Source of the DNA: a virus
IMG/VR virus record: IMGVR_UViG_3300045988_118131
Length of the DNA stretch: 64,000 bases
Strand: one strand, 5' to 3'
The notes beneath the pieces are model-generated. The model searched no databases. It was not told the origin of the DNA and worked only from the letters and a program-made list of their open reading frames with translations. Below, one piece after another: positions 11,852 to 22,973 of the stretch (position 1 is the first letter of the stretch; every line of letters begins with the position of its first letter). The translations under genes were made by a program, and so were the position numbers.

Positions 11852-14257
11852 TTATTCTACAGTTGTTCAATCTAAACTAGATTTCAACTTATTTAGATCA
11901 TTTTTGTTTTCAGTAGTAAAATCCTCAGTTGATAGTCCTTTCCCTTCAATTTTATCAACCTTACCATTTAAAGAAGAAACATCCGCTTTAGATTCTAATT
12001 CTGCTTTAGTAGCCAATCCTGAAACATCCGGAATTTCTGTATCACTTGGAAGTGCTCCAACTTCTTGAGCTGTATATTGAGGCTTATTAGGTTGTTTAGC
12101 CCATTCTGGAACTGTTGGGTCAGATTCTTGTTTAATAAAAATATCGTCTAATACTTTTCAAGTTCCTTCCTGTCTGCCATAATATCTACTATCTTTTGGA
12201 GCGTCTTTTATGTAACTAGAATCATGATTATGAGTAGTGATATCTCCGGTTAATACGTTTTCTACCTTTTCTTTAGTAAGTTCATAATCACTACTTACTG
12301 AGATATTAGTATTAACATAATCATTTTCTTCTCAACTCCAAACTCACCAAGTTCCTCCTTGTATTTTAGGAGACTTACCAGGCTCCCCAGATGGCAATAC
12401 AAAGTCAAATATAGCTTCATGCTCATTACCTGAATTAGTTACCTTAGCCGATTCGCCTTCAGTAACAGTTCCTACTTTGATAGTAGCAGCATCTCCCCTA
12501 GGTAATACAAAGTCAAATATTGCTGCACTTGAAGTCCCAGAGTTTGTTATTTTAGCAACATCTCCACTAGTTACATTTCCTACTCCAATAGTAGCTGCAT
12601 CTCCTTTATCTCCTTTAATAGTACCTACGTTACTCCACTTAGGATTAGAGCTTACATTACCTCCAGAACCTACGTAAACATAAAGTTGACCATTTATCAA
12701 GTAGGCATCTCCTGATTTACCTTCGGCTGGTAATTCAGACTCTGAATTAAGTTCTCCAATGATATTTAGTCCGCTACCAGTATCTCCTTTTGGACCTGTA
12801 GCGCTTACTCCAGTGTTAGTGTAGGAATCATTGTTTTCATCCCAAACTCACCATGTTCCCCCTTCAATTTTTGGAGGATTATCTGCAAACTCTTTAGCTC
12901 TATCAGCTTGGGTTGTAGCGTTAATTGCTGCTTGATTTGCAGATGTTGCTGCTTGGTTAGCTGTTCCAGCTGCAGTGTTAGCCCCTTCTGTAGCTGTATT
13001 AGCACTCTCTGCAGCCTGGTTTGCAGCCTCAGCTGATGATTGAGCCAAAGTAGCTTTGTCGTCTGCTAGGCTGGCTTTACTGTTAGCATTAGTAGCTGCT
13101 TGGTTTGCATTACCTGTAGCTGTATCCGCTTTGGTTGCAGCTTCAGTCGCCTTAGTTGCAGCGCTATCTGCCAATCCAGCTTTTTCATTAGCTAGAGTAG
13201 CTTTTTCATTAGCATTATTAGCAGCTTCAGTTGCTTTAGCAGTAGCAGCTTTAGCTTCTTGTATAGCCTGATTTGTAGTTTCTACAGCATTATTAGCATT
13301 GTCAGCAGCAGTTTGTGCTAATATAGCCTTTTTATTAGCCTCTTCTGCCGCTTCTGTAGCTGCTATTGTTTCATTTTTAGCTGCTAGAGTATCCTGTCTA
13401 ACTTGATCAGTTTCATTTTTTACATTAGTAGTTTCAGAAATAATTTGATTAGTCTTCTGTTCTCTAGCAGCTTCTTGCTGTTCTCTTATAGTTTCTTGAG
13501 ATTTCCTAAGTTCTTCTGACTGTCTAGCTTCTCTCTCAAATTCTCTTAAATCAGAGGTAGCCTGAATAGCAGCGCTTGCAGCAGCCTTAGCCTCCTTAGC
13601 AGCATCTTTACTGTCTTTACTCAAAGATTCTAGCCATTCTTCTTCAGTGCCTCCAAATCCATGCTGTACTGCTATTTGATATGCGGAAAGTCCAGTAACA
13701 CCAGTAGCTCCAGATAAGTCTGTTATGAATTTCCAAGATTCTTCAGCCTTCATATATAGTCTAGAGTTTTCTGGATCTTCTATATCCTCAGTATTTATGA
13801 CTACAAACTCTCCAACTAGTACGTCTGGACTATTAAAGTTGTCCTCCATTTCTTGAACAGAAGAATAGGTTCTTTTTATAACAAATGAGTCCCCAATAGC
13901 TTTAATTCCAGTATTCTCATATCTACCAGTATCAATATTATAAAACCACCAATAGTCATTAACTATTTTAGGAGGATTTTCGTTTAATGTCTCTGAAATA
14001 TCTGCAGCTGCGTTAGCTCTGTCTGCAGCATTTTTAGCATCTTCTACAGCCTGAGGCAGGTCTTTATTTTGATCTAATATCTCTTTATATTCATCTGTAA
14101 AATTGTTATCAGTATGCTGATATTGAGCATCTCTGATAAAATTCATATCGTTCTCCAGCTCACTTAATTTAGTTGGAATTTGGTAGTCCTCTGGACTAGT
14201 GTAACAACTTCTACTTGAAGTTAATATACCAGTGCCATCAAAAAATTCTTTACTCAT
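11852..14257 (-). CDS. Tail fibre protein with long Ala/Thr/Asn-rich coiled coil and collagen-like repeats; read with TGA=Trp
   Basis: ORFs 12848..14257 and 12344..12700 plus the downstream part are in one frame. In-frame TGA at 12848, 12344, 12332, 12158 and 11867. Duplicated GGTWWVW and GDAATI.VG.VT.G...K.TNSG....IFDFVLP units. TAA at 11852. Confidence 0.65.
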
Positions 14258-14412
14258 GCAACAATGTAGAAGCTATATAGTTACTATTTTTAATATCTGG
14301 ATATAACTCTATTAAGCATACAATATTCATTAAATCATTGTATTTTATTTTATATCCCTTTTCTAGCCTCTTAACTAAGTGATCGAAATCATGTATAGCT
14401 TTTCTTTTAAGC

Positions 14413-15141
14413 TTATTTATTACACCCACAGCCAGAAATATTTAAAGTATCATTGTTAAGTTTTTTACATAAGCCATTACAGTAATTTAATTTACTTAAT
14501 CTTACTGTGGCTCCTTCTAAATCTCCAAACTCTACTGAATATTTAATTATATTAATTGCCATTCATAGTACATCTCTATTAAATGTTAACTCACTTAGTT
14601 GATCGCTTTCACATCGTAAATTAATAGAGAGTAACTTCTCTGCAAGTAAAATATAACAATGCATTAAATAAAATATAGAAAAATGATTTTGACAAGCTAC
14701 TGAAATAGTTGTGTTTAAAGGATTTCTTTCTAATATTTCTTCAATACATATCTCTGTAGTAACGGCATCTTTATATTTATAGAACTTTTCATTATCAATA
14801 TAATATACAGTATCATAAGTATATATCATTCCTCCATCCTCTAATGCCTTATCAAACCACTCCTTAGTTGGAAGAACTATATGGTGTACATCATACCAAC
14901 CGTCTTCTTTTATTTCGAATACATTAGACAGATCTATATCTGATATAAATACTCTTAATATCTTGGTTTCATTAACCGCATTAAATCTAACAACATCTAT
15001 ACTCTTAACCTCTGACCTTTTAAACCTTTGAAACACTGGAGTAGAGGAATCTTCTGGGAGGAAATCTGTCGTAGCATCACTTATTCTAATAGCACAACTT
15101 TTTTCTCCTCCCAGTTTACAAATGTTTAATTTTACTTCCAT
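14413..15141 (-). CDS. Hypothetical virion-module protein; read with TGA=Trp
   Basis: 192-aa ORF continues through TGA at 14563 to TAA at 14413. Alternatively a separate 49-aa ORF starts at the ATG right after the TGA. Confidence 0.4.
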
Positions 15142-15142
15142 A

Positions 15143-17329
15143 TTAGTATTTTACTTTATTATTGTGAGGATTCCCATCATACATTTGAGCCTCTTCTACT
15201 TCTACTTTTTGTTTGTTAGTTTCAGCTACAGAGTCCTTGTATGCTTTATCTGTTCTAGCTTTATACCAATTAATTTCAGTCTCGGATTTTAGTCTATCTT
15301 GTTCTAATTTTATCTTAGCTTCATTAAGTGCTTCGAGCCTTCCATTAAGAGATTTATTCTCTGACATTAATTGCTGCAATTGCTGTTGAGACTGTTCTAA
15401 TTGTTGTTGTATTTGACCTACCTGATTTGCTTCCTGTCGTTTCTTCTTTAACGAATTTCCAACATTATTTCGTAGTTCTGTCATACTCTTTACAGTAAGA
15501 GCCTCTATTAAATCTTCTGGATCGAGAGCTTGAGCTTTAATTAATTCTGGAACTATTTGTTTTATAGTCTCCATATCTCTAACTATATTAGAACTAGCTT
15601 CAATATTAATGTCGTAGTCAGTTACAGTAAAATACTCTGGAAGAGCTGTAAATACTTTTACTCCTTTATCTCCAAGTATTAAGGTCCCTTTTAAACCTTT
15701 TTTCCATACTTTTTTAGCCACATTTAAGCAATCTACTAATAATTCTGTTGTTAACAAATCCATTTGATGAGTAAATTGCTTAGTAATAGTAAATGAGTTT
15801 TGTATTCCAACTTTTACATTAGTAACAGCATCTTTCTGCTGTATTCCATTTAGTCTTTCCCTAAATACTCCAGTTATAGATGAACAAGTATTCTCTATTC
15901 TGTCTATAGCCATTTCAATAGCTTCAATAGTCTGCGCTTTTACAGTATCGTCAAATCCAGTAAATGCAGTATTATTATTAAACGCAATTCCATCCTGAGA
16001 GGTATCTATTAGAGCTACTCCAGCTTTCTTTTTGTATTCAAGCCATTTCTGAACTCTCTCTGGAAGTTTAGTTCCCAAAAATTGTGGAAGCATAGATACA
16101 TCCAACCAATCCCCCACAGTACCACTAGAAGCTAATAAAGAGTCTCTATAAAAATGTAATACATCATATTTATCTTGCAGATTTGCACATGCCAATACTA
16201 ATGAATACGGTTCCGAGCTTCTTGTAGAGAAATATATTCCGCTAGTTGATAAGGTACAAAAAGTAGGATTATCCTGACTTCTTACTACCTCAACAGGTTC
16301 ATTTTGGGTAATATATAATGTATTTCCAATTTTTACTTGTTCGTATCTTTGCATTTTGAAATCAGAATCAGTCTCTACCCATTCCACTGTATATACTGGA
16401 ATTAGCCTATTAGTTAATACACCATACTGTTCGTTAGGGAGTCCTGGAGTTAACTCTCTTCCAGCTTCTAGTCCATCAGAAGCCGGAAATCCAGTACATT
16501 GGTTATTATAGCTCCTAACATATATAGACGAACTGTCTGTTACAGTCTCATACATATTTTCTAAATCTTCTATATCTTCTTCAGATAAATGTTTTCCATA
16601 TGTATTAAGAATTTGGGTTTTAGTTAGCCACTCTCTAACTACAGCTCTATAAGACAATTTTACGTAATTGGAACTAAAGTTTTTATCTATAAAAGTATTT
16701 AGAGGATCTAAGATTTTGATTTCAATGTTATTTCCTGATTTAGATGGTACTACTTTATAAAACGCGTAACCAGTGATTAGTAAGTCCAAAAGCAAAATTC
16801 TTAGTTTTTCTATTAGATCTGTGTCTCTTGAATTTAAAATATACTGAATAACATTTTGAGCAGCTACCTCATACTCGGAAATAAAATTCTGGTCTATATC
16901 TTCTATGATTTGATTTATTTGACCCTCTATTGCTTTATCGGTAATATTACGACCATTTAAAAAGGTAAGGATCGAATTATTCAAATGATTCTTAAGATAC
17001 GTATATACATCTTTAACTATTTTAAGATGTTTATCTCGTTCTATATTACTAATCGTTTTAGAATCCTTGCAAGTTATTTTAGGGATAATTGGTGTTTCCA
17101 AAAATTCTCCTACAATAGCGTCCACATGTTTTCTGATTAATGGAATAAATTCAAGAGAAGTTGGATTTCCTATTCCAAAGTTTGATTCTAAATATCGAAA
17201 TTGCTCTGGATCTCTAACTCCGTTATAGTAATTATAGGCTTTTTTCAATGTATATTTTGGGAAAACTAATTCATTAATAGCTTTGTTAGTAAAGTCTATC
17301 AACTCGTCTTCAGTCTTTTTCTTAGCCAT
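15143..17329 (-). CDS. Portal protein (probable)
   Basis: 728 aa, immediately downstream of terL on the coding strand. Size and Gln-rich C-terminal coiled-coil barrel (QQLEQSQQQLQQL) are typical of podovirus-type portals. Not verified by homology search. Confidence 0.55.
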   Translation of the reverse strand: MAKKKTEDELIDFTNKAINELVFPKYTLKKAYNYYNGVRDPEQFRYLESNFGIGNPTSLEFIPLIRKHVDAIVGEFLETPIIPKITCKDSKTISNIERDKHLKIVKDVYTYLKNHLNNSILTFLNGRNITDKAIEGQINQIIEDIDQNFISEYEVAAQNVIQYILNSRDTDLIEKLRILLLDLLITGYAFYKVVPSKSGNNIEIKILDPLNTFIDKNFSSNYVKLSYRAVVREWLTKTQILNTYGKHLSEEDIEDLENMYETVTDSSSIYVRSYNNQCTGFPASDGLEAGRELTPGLPNEQYGVLTNRLIPVYTVEWVETDSDFKMQRYEQVKIGNTLYITQNEPVEVVRSQDNPTFCTLSTSGIYFSTRSSEPYSLVLACANLQDKYDVLHFYRDSLLASSGTVGDWLDVSMLPQFLGTKLPERVQKWLEYKKKAGVALIDTSQDGIAFNNNTAFTGFDDTVKAQTIEAIEMAIDRIENTCSSITGVFRERLNGIQQKDAVTNVKVGIQNSFTITKQFTHQMDLLTTELLVDCLNVAKKVWKKGLKGTLILGDKGVKVFTALPEYFTVTDYDINIEASSNIVRDMETIKQIVPELIKAQALDPEDLIEALTVKSMTELRNNVGNSLKKKRQEANQVGQIQQQLEQSQQQLQQLMSENKSLNGRLEALNEAKIKLEQDRLKSETEINWYKARTDKAYKDSVAETNKQKVEVEEAQMYDGNPHNNKVKY

Positions 17330-17601
17330 TAGTTACACGCTTTGTATCCGAGACTATAGGTAGTATAGTGTAGATGTCTTAGTCTTAGTTCTTCTCTAAT
17401 ACATTTTAAAAAATCTTCTATAGTCCCTTCCTTATTAATTGTAATAGGTTTATCTACATTATTCATTCCTAACTCTAGGTGATATCCTATAACCTTATTT
17501 TCACCTTTCAATTCTTTCACTTTTAGCTTAGCTATATATTTAACACAATATACCTCTTTAATTAAATCGAGGATTACTTGTTCTAATTCTTCCGTCGTCA
17601 T
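17329..17601 (-). CDS. Hypothetical protein
   Basis: 90-aa ORF with a TAATG junction to the portal gene. Its start overlaps the recoded terL 3' end by 44 nt. Confidence 0.4.
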   Translation of the reverse strand: MTTEELEQVILDLIKEVYCVKYIAKLKVKELKGENKVIGYHLELGMNNVDKPITINKEGTIEDFLKCIREELRLRHLHYTTYSLGYKACN

Positions 17602-19885
17602 AATCAGGATATAAATTATAATTAGGTATTAGAGGATTTTGTTTAGGAATAGTTCCATATCTAATAATTCCTCTTTCATCTTTATATCATCCAAAGTCTT
17701 CTCACTCATCTTCGTAGACAGTCTCTCTTTGAGGTACAACCCCTGCCATTTCTTCATCCCCCAGTTCTGCCATCCCCATAGCAGCTACAATGTCAAACTT
17801 TTTCTTATTTTCATATGAATATTTAATTAATTCTTGCAACATTTCCTCAAATCATATCTCTGAGGCATAATCACTAATATAGGCAGCTATTAAGTCTAGC
17901 TGATGCCTAATAATAGCTTCTGTTGCTGGGGCTCCAAATTCCTTCGATCTACCTCTTTGAGTGTCTGCCATTGTAGATCTAGGTCTCCTCATTAAATAAG
18001 AGTCAGCTTTTTTCCTGTCTCTTAAATAAGTTACAAAGCTAACTTTAGATTTTTCTAATACAGCTTTGCAATTATAATATTGTAATAGTCTAAGTGCTAT
18101 TTTAAATGCTTCACGAATATCTTTAGGTCTATCCTTATATATAGCAACATATTTTGGAGAGTCCATACCTCGCACTCTTTTTTTAATTACTATACAAAAA
18201 TTAGATCCATTTTTAGTTCCTTCAGAAGTTTCGTCCTGCCCTAAGTCAATACTATCTATACCTGCTACATATAAATTTTTATATACTGTATTTCCCTCAT
18301 CTTTCTGGGGATGCTCTAATATAAGAACTTTACCTTTGGGATCTTTTATTCACTTAAACCCCTTAATATTTTCTTCTCTGTGTTCCCTTCCTCCGAAGTC
18401 ATATTCTAAAAACCCTCTTTCAGGTCTCGGTCCTACTTTATGGAGTATTATATTACTAAGCTGTTCTTGAAGTGCTACAATATCAAAATCATTATCTCCT
18501 TCTAGAGCTAAAGCATCGTCTGGAGTAAAGCAGAACTCAGCACAATCTATCCTATACGTATCAGCTTTTCCAGATAGTAATAATTTGTTTCGCTGTTCCT
18601 CATAAAAAGCCTTGGCTTTCTTAGAATCTGTTACTCCTCTTTTATCTACATATCCATCCTTATTTACAAAGGTAAACGCTGGAATAAAATACGCTGTCAA
18701 GACTTGCTCTCCAGTTTTAGTGTAGCTATGTCTATAAGGTAATACTCCAAATCCTTCTGGATTATTGAATATTTCACTCAATCCAGCCAAAGCCGGTCCA
18801 GAGTCTCCCCCAGTACCCCATACTAATCTAGTTCCGAATTTTCTTCCAGAAATTTCTACCAAAGCCTTACTCTGCAAATATGTTTTAATAAGAACTGGAT
18901 TAGAACCAGCTTCTTCAAAGAATAATCTGTCTGCACGGTCTCCACGAAGCTTTCTAGGAATATCAGCTGCAATCCCAAGTATTTCGGACATAAATCCAGA
19001 CTCTTCCCGTTGTTTATTTAGTTTAGAAGCTCTTTTATGATAGTCAGAATTGTACTTTTGTCTGACATGACGCATACCTCCTTCAGAGTCAGCGTTAAGA
19101 AATTCTAATTGTTCCCAACATTTTCGTAATACTGCAGATAAGAAATCATCACTATATGCTGAGTATAATACGTGAGATTCTTCTACTGTGGAGTAAAGTC
19201 TAACCCCTAAAGAAGCCGCAATCTCACTAAAACCGACTCCACGAGCTTTTAATGCACATACATCATGACCAGTCTTTTCACATATTTCTATATAATGGAA
19301 ATATTCATACTGTTTAGCGTAAAAGGTAGGAAAGTTTGAACGTCTACCTCCACCAGCTACCTTAACAGTAGAAATATCTTTTAGTCTATAAAAATTTAGG
19401 AAAAAGTAATTGTCTCCTGTAATCCTATATCCATGAGAGATGTACCCTTCGTTGCATCTTCTAAACTGTTCTTTTCAAAAGTCTAGATATTTCTTAGAAC
19501 CCTTTGGATAGGAGCAATACATTCCAGTATCTTGTTTTATTTTCCTAGTTTCTGTGAATCATTCAGGATTAAAATCTAATCCTTGAATTTCATTTATTGG
19601 TCTATATCCAGAAATTTCGTAACTTAGATTAGAATCAAAGAAGGTAATATTTTCACTAAGAGGGATATCCCAATTGTAAAAATCCTGCATACTGTTGTCA
19701 GAAACTCTATCCTCTATACGAGCTGCTTGCAAACCACTAGATACTTCTGGGTCCATATGTACTGGAGCGTTATATATGGGATTCTCTAGTAAGTCTTTTT
19801 CACCAGAATCTATTATTTTATGGATTTCTTCAACAGCTTTTTCTACTACAGGATCTTGAATTTTCTTCTTTCTACCTCTAGGCAT
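17558..19885 (-). CDS. terL: Terminase large subunit; read with TGA=Trp
   Basis: Track ORFs 19559..19885, 18350..19075 and 17852..18175 are in one frame. Six in-frame TGA at 19559, 19475, 18350, 17852, 17702 and 17687. Motifs: YFFLNFYRLK, ALKARGVGFSE (Walker A-like), LFFEEAG, WGTGGD, AGIDSIDLG (nuclease). TAA at 17558. Confidence 0.85.
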
Positions 19886-19887
19886 AA

Positions 19888-20466
19888 TTAATCAAATGCT
19901 CCAAGCTCTGCGTCCCCTCTAATAGAGGAATTAACCGCTTGAATTTCTTTCTTATACATAACTTCTAAGTTCTTAAGTTCATCTACCACTTTTGACGCAT
20001 TTTGCATTTCTGCAATAACATCTTTCGTTTTATATATTGGCTTTTGGGTAACAGGGTCTCTTTCACTTAAATCCAAATCGTTAAAATAATCCGTAATTTT
20101 ATCTACTACTCCTTGAGCAGCTTTGATAAATTTTAACGTTTTAGACGACTCCTGCAACTCTCTATATTTCCTACAAGCAGCTCTAAAAGTAGGATCAGCC
20201 CATTCTTCATCAGTAATACTAGCATCTTGTAAGCATTCTTGGTGTCTTTCCTGTTCATCAAATTGTGAATAAGGACTTAACCAATCTAACATAAGGAATA
20301 TATATTTAAACTCTCTGAAAGCTCTTAATCGTCTAGTTCCAGTAGGGTCTTCCTTACATTTATTTCTTCCTTTTTCCCATAATCCTTCAAATTCCCTAAC
20401 CAATAATATTTCTGGTTCATTTAATTCTAATTCTCCAGAAGCATTATTATATACAAATACTTTCAT
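19888..20466 (-). CDS. Hypothetical protein (position compatible with small terminase)
   Basis: 192-aa ORF directly upstream of terL on the coding strand. No recognisable motif. Confidence 0.4.
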   Translation of the reverse strand: MKVFVYNNASGELELNEPEILLVREFEGLWEKGRNKCKEDPTGTRRLRAFREFKYIFLMLDWLSPYSQFDEQERHQECLQDASITDEEWADPTFRAACRKYRELQESSKTLKFIKAAQGVVDKITDYFNDLDLSERDPVTQKPIYKTKDVIAEMQNASKVVDELKNLEVMYKKEIQAVNSSIRGDAELGAFD

Positions 20467-20489
20467 ATTAATCCACTAAAAATTTTACA

Positions 20490-21545
20490 TTATTTTAATT
20501 TCGGAATACCTGAAGGTTTTAACATAACAAGATTATTCATTCCAGCCACAAAATCTGTATCCGTAGCTTTTTTACCAGCAGCTTTCAATGCTGTTAATAA
20601 TTTAGTATTTTGAGAAGCTGTTCCTTTATATTCTACATCACCAAAAATTTTCTGGAATAATTGTTTTCTCCCCTCGAAACTAGCGTCTTTGGAGTCAAAC
20701 CCATTTAACATCATCCATCCATATAAAGTAGATTGATCTAGTTTAGGTTTTTTAATTTTTGGAGCCGTAACTGTAACTTCTGGAAGTTCTCTCGGAGAAA
20801 CCTGACTCTCAGTTCTTCCCCATAAAGCTATTGGATCAGATGTTCCAACATGAGCTACAGGTCTAGGAGATGACTTTTTTTTTACAGTAGTTTTTGTTCC
20901 CTCTTGTGCAAAAATAATTCCTCCCTGTAAATGTTTTTTAATATTTTCTGTAGCCTTTTTACTTTGCTCTTTATTAGGAGCTTTAACTTTCTTTTTAGGA
21001 CTCCATCCATCTTCATGATGTCCTGAATTTCTGTTTAATTCTTGAAGACGTCTATGTTCTGGACTATTTTGTTTTATTTGGCCTTTCTTATATTTTTCTA
21101 CAAGATTAGCGTGCTCTCCTTCATTATATTTTCCGCCTTCTTGCATTTTCTTCTTTTTCATTTTTCCTCCACACTTGCTAGATTCTATCTCACTTTTAAT
21201 AGAATCCATTAAGGAGCCTTTTTTCATTTGAACAGTAGATTTCTTTTTGCATCTTGAACAAGGTTTCCCTCCAGCCATAAAGCGTTCCACTTCGTAACCT
21301 TCAGGGCATCCTCCATTAAGTCTAATAATATAATCCAATTTACTTCCAGCTTTTGCAGATTTAACAGAAGTGTTTTCTAATTGTTGTGCCATAATAGGTC
21401 AAATTTCTTTATTAAATTGATTTGCTAATTCATCTAATCTATCTTTCCCTAATCTTTTAATTTCTAAGTCTAGTTGATCAGGTTCATTAACTTTTAATAT
21501 CTCGGATAATCAAGAAATGAACCCTTGTTCTTTTAAATGGTTCAT
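20490..21545 (-). CDS. Lys-rich hypothetical virion protein; read with TGA=Trp
   Basis: The 300-aa ORF extends upstream in frame to ATG 21545 through TGA at 21399 and 21510. Contains K.LQGG / MQEGG motifs. Confidence 0.5.
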
Positions 21546-21600
21546 ACGCCTATAAATACGAAAAGGAGACTACTTTAGGGTAATCTCCTATAATTTATAA

Positions 21601-21843
21601 TTACTTATTTTCTACTTTCTGCAAATCTTTAGTATTCCAAACTGCTTCTTGGAACTCTCCATTTGTAGTAAACCATCTACATTTAATACCTCTAAAATAC
21701 TCTACCGTATTTTTACCATCCATAGGAGTATCCAATTTAAAGGTTCTAGTTTCTTTTTTTACTACAATCATTATTGGTTTATTAGGAATATCTTGTTTTA
21801 AAGTTACAAGATCTCCTGGTTGAAAAAATACCTTTTCTATCAT
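21601..21843 (-). CDS. Hypothetical protein
   Basis: 80-aa ORF, TAA stop. Confidence 0.45.
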   Translation of the reverse strand: MIEKVFFQPGDLVTLKQDIPNKPIMIVVKKETRTFKLDTPMDGKNTVEYFRGIKCRWFTTNGEFQEAVWNTKDLQKVENK

Positions 21844-21849
21844 AACTTA

Positions 21850-22410
21850 TTATTGTTTAATTGAAGAAAATCTTTCAGTAAGTTCTTCATTGATTACTAC
21901 TAAAACATTATTTTGACTAACAACCCATAGAGCTTGTCCCAAGAATGGTGTTGGTCTTTGAGTTCCGTTGATAAAAATAATATCATCCCCCGGTCTTACA
22001 TACTTAACTTCTGGACCTACAGCTATTACCTCTGCATAGCCTACAGCCATTCTAGCAACTTCCTTTTCTCCAGTTTCGTGAGAAATATAAGTTCCGTCAT
22101 ATACTGGAATAATAAGTCCAGATTCTGTAGTTTTTACTTGATCCCAGGGATTTTTATTATACATTCTAACTAAAATATTTCCATTAGTAGGAAGGATTTC
22201 TAGGTTAGTTGCTTGTTCTTTCACCTGTTTAGAACGTTCGAGTTCTTTATCTATATTTTTACAGAATGATTCAGAAGCCTCTTTAGTAGTTTCATTAAAT
22301 GTCTTAATAGCACTTCTTCTTTCTTCTTCACTAAGTTTTTCTGCTCCAATCATACTAACTGCACTTCCTCCCATTACTAAATCCATTCTTCCGTTATTTA
22401 ACATAATCAT
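21850..22410 (-). CDS. GroES-like co-chaperonin domain protein (tentative)
   Basis: The C-terminal half (ILPTNGNILV..TESGLIIPV..GYAEVIAVGPEV..VRPGDDIIF) follows the GroES/gp31 pattern. Confidence 0.4.
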   Translation of the reverse strand: MIMLNNGRMDLVMGGSAVSMIGAEKLSEEERRSAIKTFNETTKEASESFCKNIDKELERSKQVKEQATNLEILPTNGNILVRMYNKNPWDQVKTTESGLIIPVYDGTYISHETGEKEVARMAVGYAEVIAVGPEVKYVRPGDDIIFINGTQRPTPFLGQALWVVSQNNVLVVINEELTERFSSIKQ

Positions 22411-22423
22411 TTAAATTTTAAAA

Positions 22424-22645
22424 TTACCATAAATCATTAGGGCAATGTTCTTTATACACCCTAGTTTTTGCATCTAATAAACAGCCGCATATCCCACACC
22501 ATGCTCCATCTTTGTCTGAACATTTATTACAGATCTTTATTCTGCTATTTCTCATTGCTTCGTTTTGACCTGTAAGTTTGTACCAAAATCCTATAACTAT
22601 GTGTTTTAGTTTTATTATAATACTTCTCATTTTCCAGCTGGACAT
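22424..22645 (-). CDS. Cys-rich small protein
   Basis: 73 aa; C..C...(n)C.ICGC....C motif. Paralogue of 22615..22854. Confidence 0.4.
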   Translation of the reverse strand: MSSWKMRSIIIKLKHIVIGFWYKLTGQNEAMRNSRIKICNKCSDKDGAWCGICGCLLDAKTRVYKEHCPNDLW

Positions 22646-22854
22646 TTCTCAGTTTTTAATTTTGCTTTTAGTTTTATTTTGCACCCACATCCTTTTACAT
22701 AACCATCTAAAGGATGTATAGAGACATCTCCAGTTTGAGGATTGATATATAAACTATTGCTGCATATTCCTCCATTATTTGGAGAATATATGGGACAATT
22801 TTCACATATTCGTATTCTGGATTCTCATAGAGTTTGATTAATTCTTCCTTCCAT
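22615..22854 (-). CDS. Cys-rich small protein; read with TGA=Trp
   Basis: ATG 22854, TAA 22615, in-frame TGA at 22825 and 22627. Product MEGRINQTLWESRIRICENC..GCGCKIK..CPAGKW. Confidence 0.4.
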
Positions 22855-22973
22855 TTTTACTTATATTTATAATTACAGTTGTGGCATTTGTAAAAGTTAT
22901 TTGATAACATCAATGCGGATTATTCGGCATATGGTTTGTTCTATTAATTATTTATTGCCACTGTATGTAATTA

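Noticed and set aside
14258-14420. Possible programmed frameshift or a small GTG-initiated ORF (about 59 aa) between 14413..15141 and the fibre gene start at 14257.
   Set aside because: There is no slippery heptamer or ATG. The open frame is short and could be chance in AT-rich sequence.
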